From: Spirochaetales bacterium
Lineage (GTDB): Bacteria; Spirochaetota; Spirochaetia; JABEVK01
Direction of reading: 5' to 3'
Assembly (NCBI GenBank): GCA_037142615.1
Contig: JBAXAI010000020.1
Location: 1 to 64,000, forward strand
DNA: 64,000 nt
Shown here: piece by piece, positions 45,368-57,816 of the stretch
Position numbering within the stretch: position 1 is the stretch's first letter
Layout: the number at the start of each line of letters is the position of its first letter
Translations under genes and position numbers: made by a program
The notes under the pieces: generated by a model
The model's input: the letters and a program-made list of their open reading frames with translations, nothing else
Told to the model about the DNA's origin: nothing
Database searches by the model: none

Positions 45368-46885
45368 TCAAGCTGACGGGGCGAGCGACACAACCAGAAC
45401 CAGCACGCCCAGTAGCAAAACGTAGCCCAGACAGAACAAGAAGGTCTGCTGCAGGATCTTGCCTTCCTGACCGGTGAGGCCGGTGGCTCCGGTAGCCACA
45501 GCGATGGACTGCGGCGAGATCATTTTGCCTGCCGTGGCGCCTGCCGTGTTGGCCGCCGCCAACCAATACGGGTCCAGCCCGGTCTGGCCGGCCACCGTCA
45601 ACTGAAGCTTGCCGAACAGGACGTTGCTGGAAGTGTCGCTGCCGGTGACAAATGTGCCAAGCGCCCCGATCATCGGAGCAACCAACGGGTAGAGCCCGCC
45701 GGTGACGGCTACCAGCACCTGCGCCAGGTTGCTTATCATACCGCTGGCATCCATCACCTTGGCCATGGCCAGAATACTCACCACGGTGAGGGTCGATTTT
45801 CTGAGCTTCCAAAGGGTCTTTCCGAAGGTTCGGGCGATCTGGCTGAACTTCGCACCCTGGATCTGCGCCCCCACAAACGCGGCGAACAGGATGAGCACCC
45901 CCGGTGTCGCGACCCACTTGAAGTCGACCGGCTTACCGCCTTCCCAGAAGACCACGCTTGACTTGAACTGGCCCAGAAACCCGTACACCGGGGGCACCAG
46001 TTTGCTGGCCAGCAAGATGACCGCGAGAATCAAGAGGTAGGGCAGCCACGCGAGCACACCCTGCCGCCAACTGATCCTGGGCCCGCCTGGGGCCGCCGAC
46101 TCGTGATGAAAGACCTTCGCCCAAGCGATCGTGCTCACCAGCGCCACGATGGACCCCAGCAACGCCGGCAGTTCGGGCCCCAAAAAGGCCGCTGCCAGCA
46201 ATTGCGGAATCGCGAACGAGACTCCGGCGACGAGGGTGATGCCGACCACGCCTTTGAGGGCCTTGAACCCGCCCCCGGTGAGAAACACCAGCACGAAGGG
46301 AACCAGAATAATGAACGGTGTCAGTTGCAGGGCGACCGCGAGGCTCAACTTGGAGGCCTCGAGCCCTGTCAGGGCGGCCAGCGTGGAAACGGGAATGCCC
46401 ACCGCACCGAAGGCCGTCGGCACCGTATTGGCGATCAAACTGATGACGGCTGCGAACACGGGGTTGAACCCCAAGAGGGCCAAAATGGACGCCGGAATGG
46501 CAACTGCGGTGCCGTAGCCGGCGACGGCTTCGAGGAAGCCGCCGAAGCCCCAAGCCAGAATGAGCACCTGGATGCGCTTGTCGGTGGTGATGCCGGTCAG
46601 CATGGTCTCGATGGTTTTGAGCGAACCGGTTTCTTCGGCCAGGTGGTAGGTGAAGATGGCCGCGATGATAACAAGCATGATGGGCCACAGGGCAAAAGCC
46701 ACGCCTTCGACCGTTGCCCCCAGCCACCGGTGAGGGTCCAGCTGCCAGAAAACCAGCGCCAGCACGCCGGTGACGACCCAGGCCGCGGGCGTGGCCCAAT
46801 GGGCGGGCACCTGAAACACTCCCAGCGCGAGAATCAATCCGACGATGGGAACGAGAGCAAGGAAGAACAAGAGTACGTCAGCCAT
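45368..46885 (-). CDS. lctP: L-lactate permease
   Basis: FLEAVAGYGT, ANTVPTAFGAVG, TGSDTSSN, GKMISPQSI. Confidence 0.92.
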   Translation of the reverse strand: MADVLLFFLALVPIVGLILALGVFQVPAHWATPAAWVVTGVLALVFWQLDPHRWLGATVEGVAFALWPIMLVIIAAIFTYHLAEETGSLKTIETMLTGITTDKRIQVLILAWGFGGFLEAVAGYGTAVAIPASILALLGFNPVFAAVISLIANTVPTAFGAVGIPVSTLAALTGLEASKLSLAVALQLTPFIILVPFVLVFLTGGGFKALKGVVGITLVAGVSFAIPQLLAAAFLGPELPALLGSIVALVSTIAWAKVFHHESAAPGGPRISWRQGVLAWLPYLLILAVILLASKLVPPVYGFLGQFKSSVVFWEGGKPVDFKWVATPGVLILFAAFVGAQIQGAKFSQIARTFGKTLWKLRKSTLTVVSILAMAKVMDASGMISNLAQVLVAVTGGLYPLVAPMIGALGTFVTGSDTSSNVLFGKLQLTVAGQTGLDPYWLAAANTAGATAGKMISPQSIAVATGATGLTGQEGKILQQTFLFCLGYVLLLGVLVLVVSLAPSA

Positions 46886-46893
46886 CCTGGAGA

Positions 46894-48786
46894 CTACAGC
46901 CTGCTCACCCGGTCGAGCAGTTCACGCAGGGTTTCCGCCGGGCAGGGCTTGCTGAGGATGGCGAAGACCTTCCGTCCGGCGGTCAGTTTGGGGTCGAGGG
47001 CCTCACCCCAGCCCGTGAGCACGACCACCTTGGTGTTCGGGTCACGGTGCCCCACCTGTTCGGCCAGTAGCCAGCCATCCAAATCGGGCATTCCCAAATC
47101 GGTGATCACCAGATCAAACGCTTGCTTGGAAAGAAGCTCGAGGGCCGAGGTGCCCGAAAAGGCCGCCTGCGCCCGGTGACCGAGCAGCTCCACCATCTCC
47201 TGACCGGCGGTGGCGATCATTTCGTCGTCGTCGACCCACAACACCTCGAGCGGGCCCCGAGTTGCCCCCAGCGCCGGTTCGCCGACCTGAGCCCGAGAAG
47301 ACGAAAGCTGAGCGAGAGGAAAGACGGCCTCGAGGTGCGTGCCCTGCTCGGGCGTGGAGGCCACGACCCGGATGGTGGCTCCGTGGCTGTCGAGCACGGA
47401 ACGAACCGAGCTCATGCCCAGCCCGCGGCCCTCTTCGGCGCCCTTGGTCGAAAAAAACGGCAAGAAGAGCTTCTTGCGGGTGGCCTCGTCCATCCCGACG
47501 CCGGTGTCACGCACGGTGACGACGGCGCCAAGGCCCACTTTGGCGCATTCCAGCGTCAGGCCGCCGCCTTGAGGCATGGCCTCGATAGCGTTCTTGACCA
47601 GGTTGTAGAACGCGCTTCGCAAGGCACCGGCGTTGGCGTCGATCAGCACGCTTTCGAGCCGGAGTTCGAGCTCGACGGAGCCTGAGCCGCCGCGTCCTTC
47701 CCACAGCGCACGGGTCTGATCGACTACCTCTTCCAGCAGAGGCTTCAGGTCGAGCGTCGTCAGCTCAAGCGGCTCGCTGCGACCCGACGCCCAGCGTTGC
47801 AGGGGTCGAATGCGCTGGCTGGCGTCGTGGACAAGGGTCTTGGCAGTCGTCAGGTGACCCCGGTATGCGTCGGGAAATTGAGCCGCAAGAAGAGTCAGGT
47901 CCAGCTGGCTGGCAATGGCCTGGAGCACGTTGTTGAAGTCGTGCGCCACGCTGGAAGTGGCCTCGCCGATGGCGCTCAGCCGTTCCCGCTCCAAGGCGGC
48001 CAGCTCGGCCTGCTTCTGCTTGGTGATGTCGCGGCAAATCACGTACGACTCGCGGTAGGCGCCGTTGTCGTAGAGGAACCGGGCGTTGTCCTGCCTGTAA
48101 AAGTAGTGGCCGTCGGTATGTTTGACGCGGAACTCGTAGGTGAGCGAGGCTTCCTTGTTGCCAATGGCGGCGAAGATGCGGTCCATGGTTTGCTGACGGT
48201 CGTCGGGATGAATCTTGGCTGCGACAGCTTTCGCATCGTAGCGATATTCCAGCCCGGGCGGCAGGCCCAATTGCGTCAAGTACGGTCCCGATGCGTAGTC
48301 GATCTCAAACTTCGAGTTGGAGTGGATGAGGCCGTCGGCGATGTTCTCGGTCACCAGTTCGATGACTTCATTGCGTCGCTGGAGCTCGGCGACCAGACGT
48401 GCACGCTCTTCTTGCATGGTGAACAGGCGGAACGCGGCCTTGAGCGTTTGCTTGAGCACGAGCAGGGGGAAGGGTTTGCTGACGAACCCATAGTGGGAAA
48501 TCTGCTCGATGCGGTCGATGAAATCGTGGTCGGAATGGGCACTGAGAAACACCAGGGGAACCTGGCGTTCCAGCAGCAGCAACCTCGCCGTTTCGCTCCC
48601 GTCGGGCTGGGAACGGAGGTCGATGTCCATCAACACGAGGTCAAACGGGACGCCCTGTCGGCAGAACCCAAGCGCCTCCAGGCCGGAAGAGGCCTGGAGC
48701 ACGGCAAAACCCAGTTTTGCCAACGCGGCCGAGGTGATCAGAGCTTCGAGTCGGTCGTCCTCGACATGCAGAATCGTTTGTGCCAC
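46894..48786 (-). CDS. Hybrid histidine kinase REC-PAS-HisKA-HATPase-REC
   Basis: ILHVEDD, AHDFNN, NAIEA, DTGVGM, GLGM, ITDLGMP. Confidence 0.92.
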   Translation of the reverse strand: MAQTILHVEDDRLEALITSAALAKLGFAVLQASSGLEALGFCRQGVPFDLVLMDIDLRSQPDGSETARLLLLERQVPLVFLSAHSDHDFIDRIEQISHYGFVSKPFPLLVLKQTLKAAFRLFTMQEERARLVAELQRRNEVIELVTENIADGLIHSNSKFEIDYASGPYLTQLGLPPGLEYRYDAKAVAAKIHPDDRQQTMDRIFAAIGNKEASLTYEFRVKHTDGHYFYRQDNARFLYDNGAYRESYVICRDITKQKQAELAALERERLSAIGEATSSVAHDFNNVLQAIASQLDLTLLAAQFPDAYRGHLTTAKTLVHDASQRIRPLQRWASGRSEPLELTTLDLKPLLEEVVDQTRALWEGRGGSGSVELELRLESVLIDANAGALRSAFYNLVKNAIEAMPQGGGLTLECAKVGLGAVVTVRDTGVGMDEATRKKLFLPFFSTKGAEEGRGLGMSSVRSVLDSHGATIRVVASTPEQGTHLEAVFPLAQLSSSRAQVGEPALGATRGPLEVLWVDDDEMIATAGQEMVELLGHRAQAAFSGTSALELLSKQAFDLVITDLGMPDLDGWLLAEQVGHRDPNTKVVVLTGWGEALDPKLTAGRKVFAILSKPCPAETLRELLDRVSRL

Positions 48787-48876
48787 GGTTGCTTCCTTGG
48801 GTCTTCTGCCACTATCGGTCAAGCCGCTGAGGAATGCAACCTTGCCACTGTCCCGAGGGTTGGGTATTCTGGGGCC

Positions 48877-49401
48877 ATGATTTTATCCGGCTTGGAGATC
48901 CAGCGTCGTCTGGGCAAAGACATCGTGATCGAGCCCTACGAGGAGCGTTTGCTCAACCCCAACAGTTACAACCTGCGGCTCAGCGACGAACTGCTGGTGT
49001 ACACCGAACCGGTGCTCGACATGGCCAAACCCAACCCCTTCGAACGCCGCTCGATTCCGCCCGAAGGGTTGTTGCTCGAAACCGGTAGGCTGTACCTGGG
49101 GCGTACTCTGGAGTTCACCGGCACCGAGAATCTGGTGCCCATGCTCGAGGGCCGCTCGTCGGTAGGTCGCCTGGGCCTGTTCATCCATGTCACGGCTGGC
49201 TTCGGCGACGTGGGGTTCCGGGGGTTCTGGACGCTCGAGATCTTGTGCGTGCAGCCGGTGCGCATCTACGCGGGGGTCGAGATCTGCCAGATCTTCTACC
49301 ACACCCTCGAAGGCGATTATGTGAACTACAAAAGCGGAAAGTACCAGAACAACCAGGGCATTCAGCCCAGCCTGCTTTACAAGGACTTTGAGAAGAAATG
49401 A
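48877..49401 (+). CDS. dcd: dCTP deaminase
   Basis: NPNSYNLRL, GRSSVGRLG, AGFGDVGF.G..TLE, ICQI. Confidence 0.93.
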   Translation: MILSGLEIQRRLGKDIVIEPYEERLLNPNSYNLRLSDELLVYTEPVLDMAKPNPFERRSIPPEGLLLETGRLYLGRTLEFTGTENLVPMLEGRSSVGRLGLFIHVTAGFGDVGFRGFWTLEILCVQPVRIYAGVEICQIFYHTLEGDYVNYKSGKYQNNQGIQPSLLYKDFEKK

Positions 49402-49673
49402 GCGACACCCCGGCCCCTGCCACCGAAAAAGTCATCTACCTGCACGGCTTCGACAAAAAAGAGCTGTTCGCCTTGGTCGATCTGATCAAAAAGAACGTGC
49501 CCGACCCCAAGGACATTGCGTTTGCCACGAGCACCAAGAACAACATGACATTCACGCTGGAGCAGCTGATTTTCGAGGCCCGCAAAGACCACGCGCTGAT
49601 GACCAAGTACAACCAGGACCGCAAAGCCGCCTTGGCTGCGGGACTACCGCCGCCGCCCTTCCCTCAGGGCTAG
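49398..49673 (+). CDS. Small conserved protein (DUF3783-like)
   Basis: YLHGF, IAFATST.NN....L..LI.E...DH. Confidence 0.7.
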   Translation: MSDTPAPATEKVIYLHGFDKKELFALVDLIKKNVPDPKDIAFATSTKNNMTFTLEQLIFEARKDHALMTKYNQDRKAALAAGLPPPPFPQG

Positions 49674-50483
49674 AACCAGCGCCTCGAGTTCGCTCGCTTC
49701 CGGAGGCCTTTCCAGCGGCGTTCCGGCCAGCACGGTGATTCGCCCTAGCGCGGACTTCGGCCCCGTGCCATACCCCCGAAACACTTGCCAGGCCAGCTGA
49801 AGCACGGCGGCCGTCCACTCACGGTCCTCGGGGCGGCGGCGCCAACGGGCCAGCCACGGGTCTATGAAGCGAGGCAAACGAACTCCCCCCACCAGCAAGG
49901 GCTGAATCTGGAGCCCTGGAACCCGCCGAACAAAAAGACTGGTGCTGCGCGACCAACGCTCAAACTGGCCCCCGACCGGCAACCACGCGGGATCGGGTTC
50001 GATGCGGCCGGCCGGGAACGTGAGAACCGCCCCGCCCTGGTTCAGATGCTTTTCGATTTCGCGCAGAACGCCGGCGCTGTGGTTCTCGGGCACGACCAGC
50101 AAGGACCGGTGGAGCGCCGGCAGCGCGGCCAAAAACTCCCGCTCGCGAGCTACCACGCGCAAACCGGGCTGATCGAGCACTGTGAAGAGAGCCAGCGCGT
50201 CGCCCAACCCCGGGTGATTGCTCACAAACAGCCGCGGTCCCGAAGTGACCAGGCTCGCGCCTGCCAAGTCGACACGCTGGCCCAGGCGCGCCAGCAGCGC
50301 CCTCGCCGCCGCGCTTCGCTGCCCCTTGGCCACGCCGGCGTCGAAGGCCTCGAGCAGCTCGGCCAGCGCGTTGGCCGGTCCGTCGCCCAGCCGCCGGAGC
50401 GCTGGAAACCGCTTGGTCAGCTCCAAAACACCGGCCGCTTGGAACAGATCGTCAAGGTTCAGGTCGCGCAGGCGTCGGTTCAT
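49644..50483 (-). CDS. PlsC-like acyltransferase
   Basis: SNHPGLGD (NHxxxxD) and TFPAG motifs. Confidence 0.82.
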   Translation of the reverse strand: MNRRLRDLNLDDLFQAAGVLELTKRFPALRRLGDGPANALAELLEAFDAGVAKGQRSAAARALLARLGQRVDLAGASLVTSGPRLFVSNHPGLGDALALFTVLDQPGLRVVAREREFLAALPALHRSLLVVPENHSAGVLREIEKHLNQGGAVLTFPAGRIEPDPAWLPVGGQFERWSRSTSLFVRRVPGLQIQPLLVGGVRLPRFIDPWLARWRRRPEDREWTAAVLQLAWQVFRGYGTGPKSALGRITVLAGTPLERPPEASELEALVLALREGRRR

Positions 50484-50499
50484 GGGGTAAGCTTACGCC
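50484..50499. promoter_or_regulatory. Symmetric bidirectional leaderless promoter
   Basis: CAT-gggg-TAAGCTTA-cgcc-ATG: TAAGCT lies 6 nt before the ATG on both strands. Confidence 0.7.
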
Positions 50500-52482
50500 A
50501 TGAAGCTTGCCCTTGTCCTTCCCGGGCCGCTGGACCGCCGGTCCGGGGGCTATTCGTACGACGTTGACCTGGTGGTGGCCTTGCAATCGGCCGGCCATGC
50601 CGTGGAAGTTTGGGATATCACCCGCGAGCCACTGCGCCTGGACGCCGGGAGTGCCGACGTACTGATTTTCGACGCGCTGGTGCACCCGCTGGTCGTGGAA
50701 CAGCTCTCGGACGGCCTGCGTCGGGTCGCGAACGAAGCGGGCACCAAAGCCCTGTGGCTGGGCCTGGTGCATCATCTGGCGTGGTTGGAAGACCCCGAGC
50801 CGACCGCAGAAACTCCTGCCAAGCGCGAGCTGGAGCGCCGTTTTTTGGAGCTCATGGACGGCTACCTTTTCAACAGTGAGGACACGCGGCGGTCGGTGGC
50901 CGAACTCCGGGGCGCGGGTGCGCGGTTTATGCCCAGCCAGCTGTGCTTGCCGCCCCTGCCGCCGCCGAGCGTGGACCCGGCTCCCCTCGCAAGCTCCTTG
51001 CAGACCGCAGCCACGCTTCGCCTGTTCTTTTTGGCCAATATCACTCCCCGCAAAAACCTGCCTGGCCTGCTGATGGCATTGGCGTTGCTGAGCGCCCGGC
51101 GGCCCGAGCTGGACTGGTCACTCGTGATTGCCGGCAGCGAGACCTTCGACCCGGAACACGCGAGGAGCTGCCGGGAGCTGGCTTTGCGGCCCGGGCTGAA
51201 GGGCCGAGTGAGGTGGACGGGGCGACTCGAGGGCAGCGAACTCGCAGCCCAGTGGGCGCAAACCGACGTGCTGGCCGTTCCCTCGTTCCACGAAGGCTGG
51301 GGCATGGTGTACGCCGAGGCCCTGGTGCGCGGAGTGATCCCCTTGGCGGCGAACCGGGGGGGCGGCGCCGAGGCCGTGGGCAACGCCGGCCTTTTGGTCG
51401 AGCCCGGCTCGCCAGAGTCCATTGCGGCAGCGCTCGAATCGCTGTCCGATCCCGGGCTGCGCCAACGCTTGCATCAGCGAGCCCTCCGGCGCGGCCAGGT
51501 GCTGGCAGCGACCACCGGCTTTGCCGGGCTCGACGGGTTTGTCCGCTCGCTGGCGGCCGAGGTCCAACCGTCGGTCTTGCGCGCGCTGCCTCCGCCCTTT
51601 GACTTCGGCGCCTACCTCGACGCCAAGGCCGAGCTCGACACGCGCTCGCTCAACCCGCGGGTGCAAGCCGCCGCTTGGAAGAACCTCGTTCTGACGCCGG
51701 GCAACGCCGGCCTGACAGTACTCGAATTGGGCGCGGGAACCGGCACTATGGCCGTGCGTCTGCTTGACTCCGCTGCACTGATAGCTGGAAGCGTTGAGAA
51801 ATACACGCTGGTCGACGAGCGCGCCGAGGGCCTCGAGGTGGCAAGGGGCCGCCTGCAACCGCGTTTGGGCCAAGCTTTTCGCACCGAAACCGCCGACGTG
51901 TACGACTACCTCGCGGCGCACCAGAAACCCGCCGGAAAGGGGCCGGAGGTGCTGATCGCGCACGCGTTCCTCGATCTTTTTGACCCCTCGACTCTGGCTC
52001 CGCTCCTGGCGGGTACGGGGGCCAAGCGGTACTGGTTGACGCATTTGTTCGACGGCTTGACGGCCTGGGAGCCCCGCTTGGATGCCGAACTCGACGAGGC
52101 TCTGGTACGGGCCTACCACGTGAGCATGGACGAGCGGACGGCCCACGGCGGCGAAGGCAGTTCCCGCTCGGGCCGCGACTGGCTGACCGCCCTACCGGTG
52201 GCCGGGCTGACTATTCTCGAGGCTGGAAGCTCCGACTGGCTGGTGTACCCGCGCGCGCCTCGCGAAGGAGCTCCGGGCGCTGTTGCCGCCTATACCGCGA
52301 ACGAGCGAACCTTCCTGTTGAGTCTGCTCCACTTCTTCCGCACGAGCCTGACCGACCGCGCCGATGTCGACCAAAAGGGGCTGGCGTGGTGGCTGGCCCG
52401 ACGACAGGAGCAGGTGGCGCGCGGCGAGGTGATTTTGCTGGCGCACCAGTTGGACATTGCCGCCTCGGGTTTGTACCTTTAA
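50500..52482 (+). CDS. GT4 glycosyltransferase fused to class I SAM methyltransferase
   Basis: [21 protein letters not shown], then [26 protein letters not shown]. Confidence 0.88.
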   Translation: MKLALVLPGPLDRRSGGYSYDVDLVVALQSAGHAVEVWDITREPLRLDAGSADVLIFDALVHPLVVEQLSDGLRRVANEAGTKALWLGLVHHLAWLEDPEPTAETPAKRELERRFLELMDGYLFNSEDTRRSVAELRGAGARFMPSQLCLPPLPPPSVDPAPLASSLQTAATLRLFFLANITPRKNLPGLLMALALLSARRPELDWSLVIAGSETFDPEHARSCRELALRPGLKGRVRWTGRLEGSELAAQWAQTDVLAVPSFHEGWGMVYAEALVRGVIPLAANRGGGAEAVGNAGLLVEPGSPESIAAALESLSDPGLRQRLHQRALRRGQVLAATTGFAGLDGFVRSLAAEVQPSVLRALPPPFDFGAYLDAKAELDTRSLNPRVQAAAWKNLVLTPGNAGLTVLELGAGTGTMAVRLLDSAALIAGSVEKYTLVDERAEGLEVARGRLQPRLGQAFRTETADVYDYLAAHQKPAGKGPEVLIAHAFLDLFDPSTLAPLLAGTGAKRYWLTHLFDGLTAWEPRLDAELDEALVRAYHVSMDERTAHGGEGSSRSGRDWLTALPVAGLTILEAGSSDWLVYPRAPREGAPGAVAAYTANERTFLLSLLHFFRTSLTDRADVDQKGLAWWLARRQEQVARGEVILLAHQLDIAASGLYL

Positions 52483-52486
52483 CCGT

Positions 52487-55078
<2,592 letters not shown>

Positions 55079-55103
55079 CGTGACTCCTGGGAGCCTGTCG
55101 GAC

Positions 55104-55823
55104 TTAGGGGCTGAGCAGTGCTGGTTCTTCCTTCCAAGCGGGAGCACCGGGCTCCAGAAGCAGGCGGTAGACGGCAAAGGGCTTGGGTTCGACCACCGGC
55201 GGCACCGCCACAGTCCGTTGCCAGGCGACCGGGATCAGCGCCAACGGTATTCTGACCGCGGTGGGAGGATTGACGCGAAACCAGTGCCTGAGCGGCGTCG
55301 GGAACCAGAGGGGCACGTCGAGGCGTTCCACGCGGGGCACAGGCCAGTCGCCCGCCCGGCGTTCTTCCAGGGTTTCCTGGACTCGACCTGCCCCTTGTTC
55401 CACCCTCAGCTCGACGGTCCAGCTTTGGGCCGTCTCGGTCATTAACCGCGCCCTCGCCACCGAGGTCAGGCCGTCGAGCGGCGCGTACCCGGCCAGTTCC
55501 TGCGACAATTGCCAGCCGAGCGCCGCTCCCGCCACCACCAAAGGAAGCCCCGCCGCGCGCGGAAACCGGAACAGGAGAAACGACACGACGGCACCGACCC
55601 CGAACTCCAAACCCCACGAGAGTGGCGAATGCGCCAAGTTGTCAGCGCTGTTCCCCGCGAAAAGCACAGCTCCCAACAGCCCGGCCGCCGCCAGGTTCAG
55701 CCCCAGGGGAACCAGCCAGGCCCGATTGCGCCTCGAGTCCGGTTTGTAGCGGGTCGCCCAAGCCAAGCCCAAGCCCAGGAAGAACGAAGAGGCCAGCAAC
55801 CAAAGGCGGGGGTCGGTGCTCAT
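55104..55823 (-). CDS. Hypothetical membrane protein
   Basis: N-terminal TM segments; last gene of the ABC operon. Confidence 0.65.
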   Translation of the reverse strand: MSTDPRLWLLASSFFLGLGLAWATRYKPDSRRNRAWLVPLGLNLAAAGLLGAVLFAGNSADNLAHSPLSWGLEFGVGAVVSFLLFRFPRAAGLPLVVAGAALGWQLSQELAGYAPLDGLTSVARARLMTETAQSWTVELRVEQGAGRVQETLEERRAGDWPVPRVERLDVPLWFPTPLRHWFRVNPPTAVRIPLALIPVAWQRTVAVPPVVEPKPFAVYRLLLEPGAPAWKEEPALLSP

Positions 55824-55830
55824 GAGTGGC

Positions 55831-56994
55831 TCATACCGTGTTCAGCACGGCCTCGGACTCGAAGGCGCGTGCCGTCATCCCTACGAGCAGGGCCCCGGCC
55901 GCCACGTTGACGGCCAGCGCCATGAGCACGGTCAGGGGTTGCAGCGAGCCCAGAATGCTCGCCTTGATCACGAGCGCCGTGTTGAGCAGCGGAACCAAAT
56001 GCAACCAGAACGACGACGACGCGTCGAGGCTCGACCCGGCGACGGCACCGACGATGACGAGCAGGTACACCGGCATGATGTAGCCGCCGGCCTCCTTCAT
56101 CGTTTTGGCCCGCACGCCGATGACCACGATGATCGACGCGGCGAGCACACTGGCGACCACCACCGACACCGCCAGCACGGCGAAGTTTTCCCAGTGCGAC
56201 AAGGCGCCGAGGCTTCCGCTCCCCAAAGGCCCCGAACCGCCAAGCTGACTCTGCAGGTACAGGCCGCCGAGCACGCCGACAGCGCTGGTGAGCGCATTCA
56301 CGACCGCTGAGGCCAGCACAAACAGGATCTTGCCGACGGCGATGCTGGTTCGCGACACCTGATTGACCAGCAGGCTCGCCAGGCTGCCCTTTTCTTTTTC
56401 GCCGGTGGTGACCGCCAGGCCCAGGCTCATCGAGCCGGCAAACAGCATCAGCAGAATCATGTACGGCAACAGGAAGGCCAGCCCCTGCGAACCCTGAACC
56501 TCGGGAGCTGCCAAATCGCGAACCGTGCCTTGAAGCGGAGTCATGACCTCGGGGTTCAGACCCTTGGCCGCCAGCAGGTCGGCCGCTAGCACGCGGTTGT
56601 AGCGGTCGAGGGCCGCCAACACCATTTGCCCGGCAAAAGAAAGATCCTGGCGGCTGGAGTCAAACGCGACCTCGACCTTGCCGGGCTGGCCGGTCGTGTG
56701 CCCGGGCGCAAAGGTCACCGTGAGGCCAGCAGGGTCTCCAGGGGCCAAGTCGCCGACAAACTGCAGGCTCTGGGCCAGCATCCGCTCAAACTCCGCATCG
56801 CGCCCCCCCGCGAAGGCAAGGTGGTACACCGTCTGCCGGTGGCTGTCCTCCTGCACTTTGTTGATCGACCCGAGAACCCCAAAAATCAGGGGCATGAGCA
56901 CCAGCGGCAGCAGGTAATTGGCGAACACGGCCCCCCGGTCGCGCAAAACGTTGCCGGCTTCCTTGCGGAACAAGATGAGCGCGTCACTCCACAT
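55831..56994 (-). CDS. ABC-2 permease, NatB-like
   Basis: FRKE...LRD, GEKEKGSL..LL. Confidence 0.88.
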   Translation of the reverse strand: MWSDALILFRKEAGNVLRDRGAVFANYLLPLVLMPLIFGVLGSINKVQEDSHRQTVYHLAFAGGRDAEFERMLAQSLQFVGDLAPGDPAGLTVTFAPGHTTGQPGKVEVAFDSSRQDLSFAGQMVLAALDRYNRVLAADLLAAKGLNPEVMTPLQGTVRDLAAPEVQGSQGLAFLLPYMILLMLFAGSMSLGLAVTTGEKEKGSLASLLVNQVSRTSIAVGKILFVLASAVVNALTSAVGVLGGLYLQSQLGGSGPLGSGSLGALSHWENFAVLAVSVVVASVLAASIIVVIGVRAKTMKEAGGYIMPVYLLVIVGAVAGSSLDASSSFWLHLVPLLNTALVIKASILGSLQPLTVLMALAVNVAAGALLVGMTARAFESEAVLNTV

Positions 56995-57736
56995 GGCTGA
57001 CTCCTTGCTGGGCGGCGATGGCAAAGAACGCCGCGTCGAGGCTGGTGGTGGCGGTGCGCGCTTGCAGTTCGGCGACGGTACCTTCGGCCGCGAGGTGCCC
57101 CTCGAGCAAAATGCCCACCCGGTCGCACAGCGTTTCGGCCTCGCTCATCACGTGGGTCGACAGCAGAACGGTCTTGCCGCGCGCCTTGAACGCCCGCAAA
57201 AAGTCGACCACCGTTTTGGCCGCGAACAGGTCGAGCCCGTTGGTGGGCTCGTCAAACAGAATCACGTCCGGGTCGTGGATCAGGCTCACCGCCAGCGCCG
57301 CGCGCTGCTTTTGGCCCGTGGAGCACTTTTCCACCTGCAGATCCAAAAAACCCGCCAGCCCAAACTCGACGGCGAGTTCGTCGATGCGCCGTGCAATGAC
57401 GGGCTTGCCCAGGTGGTTGAGCTCGCCGAAGAACCTCAGCAGCTCGCGCGGGGTCAAATTGCCCGACAGTTTCATGTCGCTGGTCAGCAGGCCCACCCGC
57501 GAGCGCACCTGTTTGGCGTGGGTGAGCACGTCGAGCCCCAGAACGCTGATGTGTCCCGCATCGGGCTTGAGCAGCGTGGCCACGCACCGCAGCGCGGTCG
57601 TCTTGCCCGCCCCGTTGGGACCCAAAAGGCCATAGATCTGCCCGGCCGGTGCTTGCAGCGACACTTGACGGAGAACCGACTTCCGCGAGTTCCGCTTGAG
57701 AGGAAAACTTTTATCAACCGTCTGAAGGATAACCAT
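56984..57736 (-). CDS. ABC ATPase, NatA-like
   Basis: GPNGAGKTT, STGQKQR, FDEPTNGLD. Confidence 0.9.
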   Translation of the reverse strand: MVILQTVDKSFPLKRNSRKSVLRQVSLQAPAGQIYGLLGPNGAGKTTALRCVATLLKPDAGHISVLGLDVLTHAKQVRSRVGLLTSDMKLSGNLTPRELLRFFGELNHLGKPVIARRIDELAVEFGLAGFLDLQVEKCSTGQKQRAALAVSLIHDPDVILFDEPTNGLDLFAAKTVVDFLRAFKARGKTVLLSTHVMSEAETLCDRVGILLEGHLAAEGTVAELQARTATTSLDAAFFAIAAQQGVSHVE

Positions 57737-57816
57737 GTTTCACCCAAGTTAACGCAGGAGCTTGAACCCTGCAAGCAATCCCGGTAAAATGGCCCGCATC
57801 CAACGGAGGATATTTC

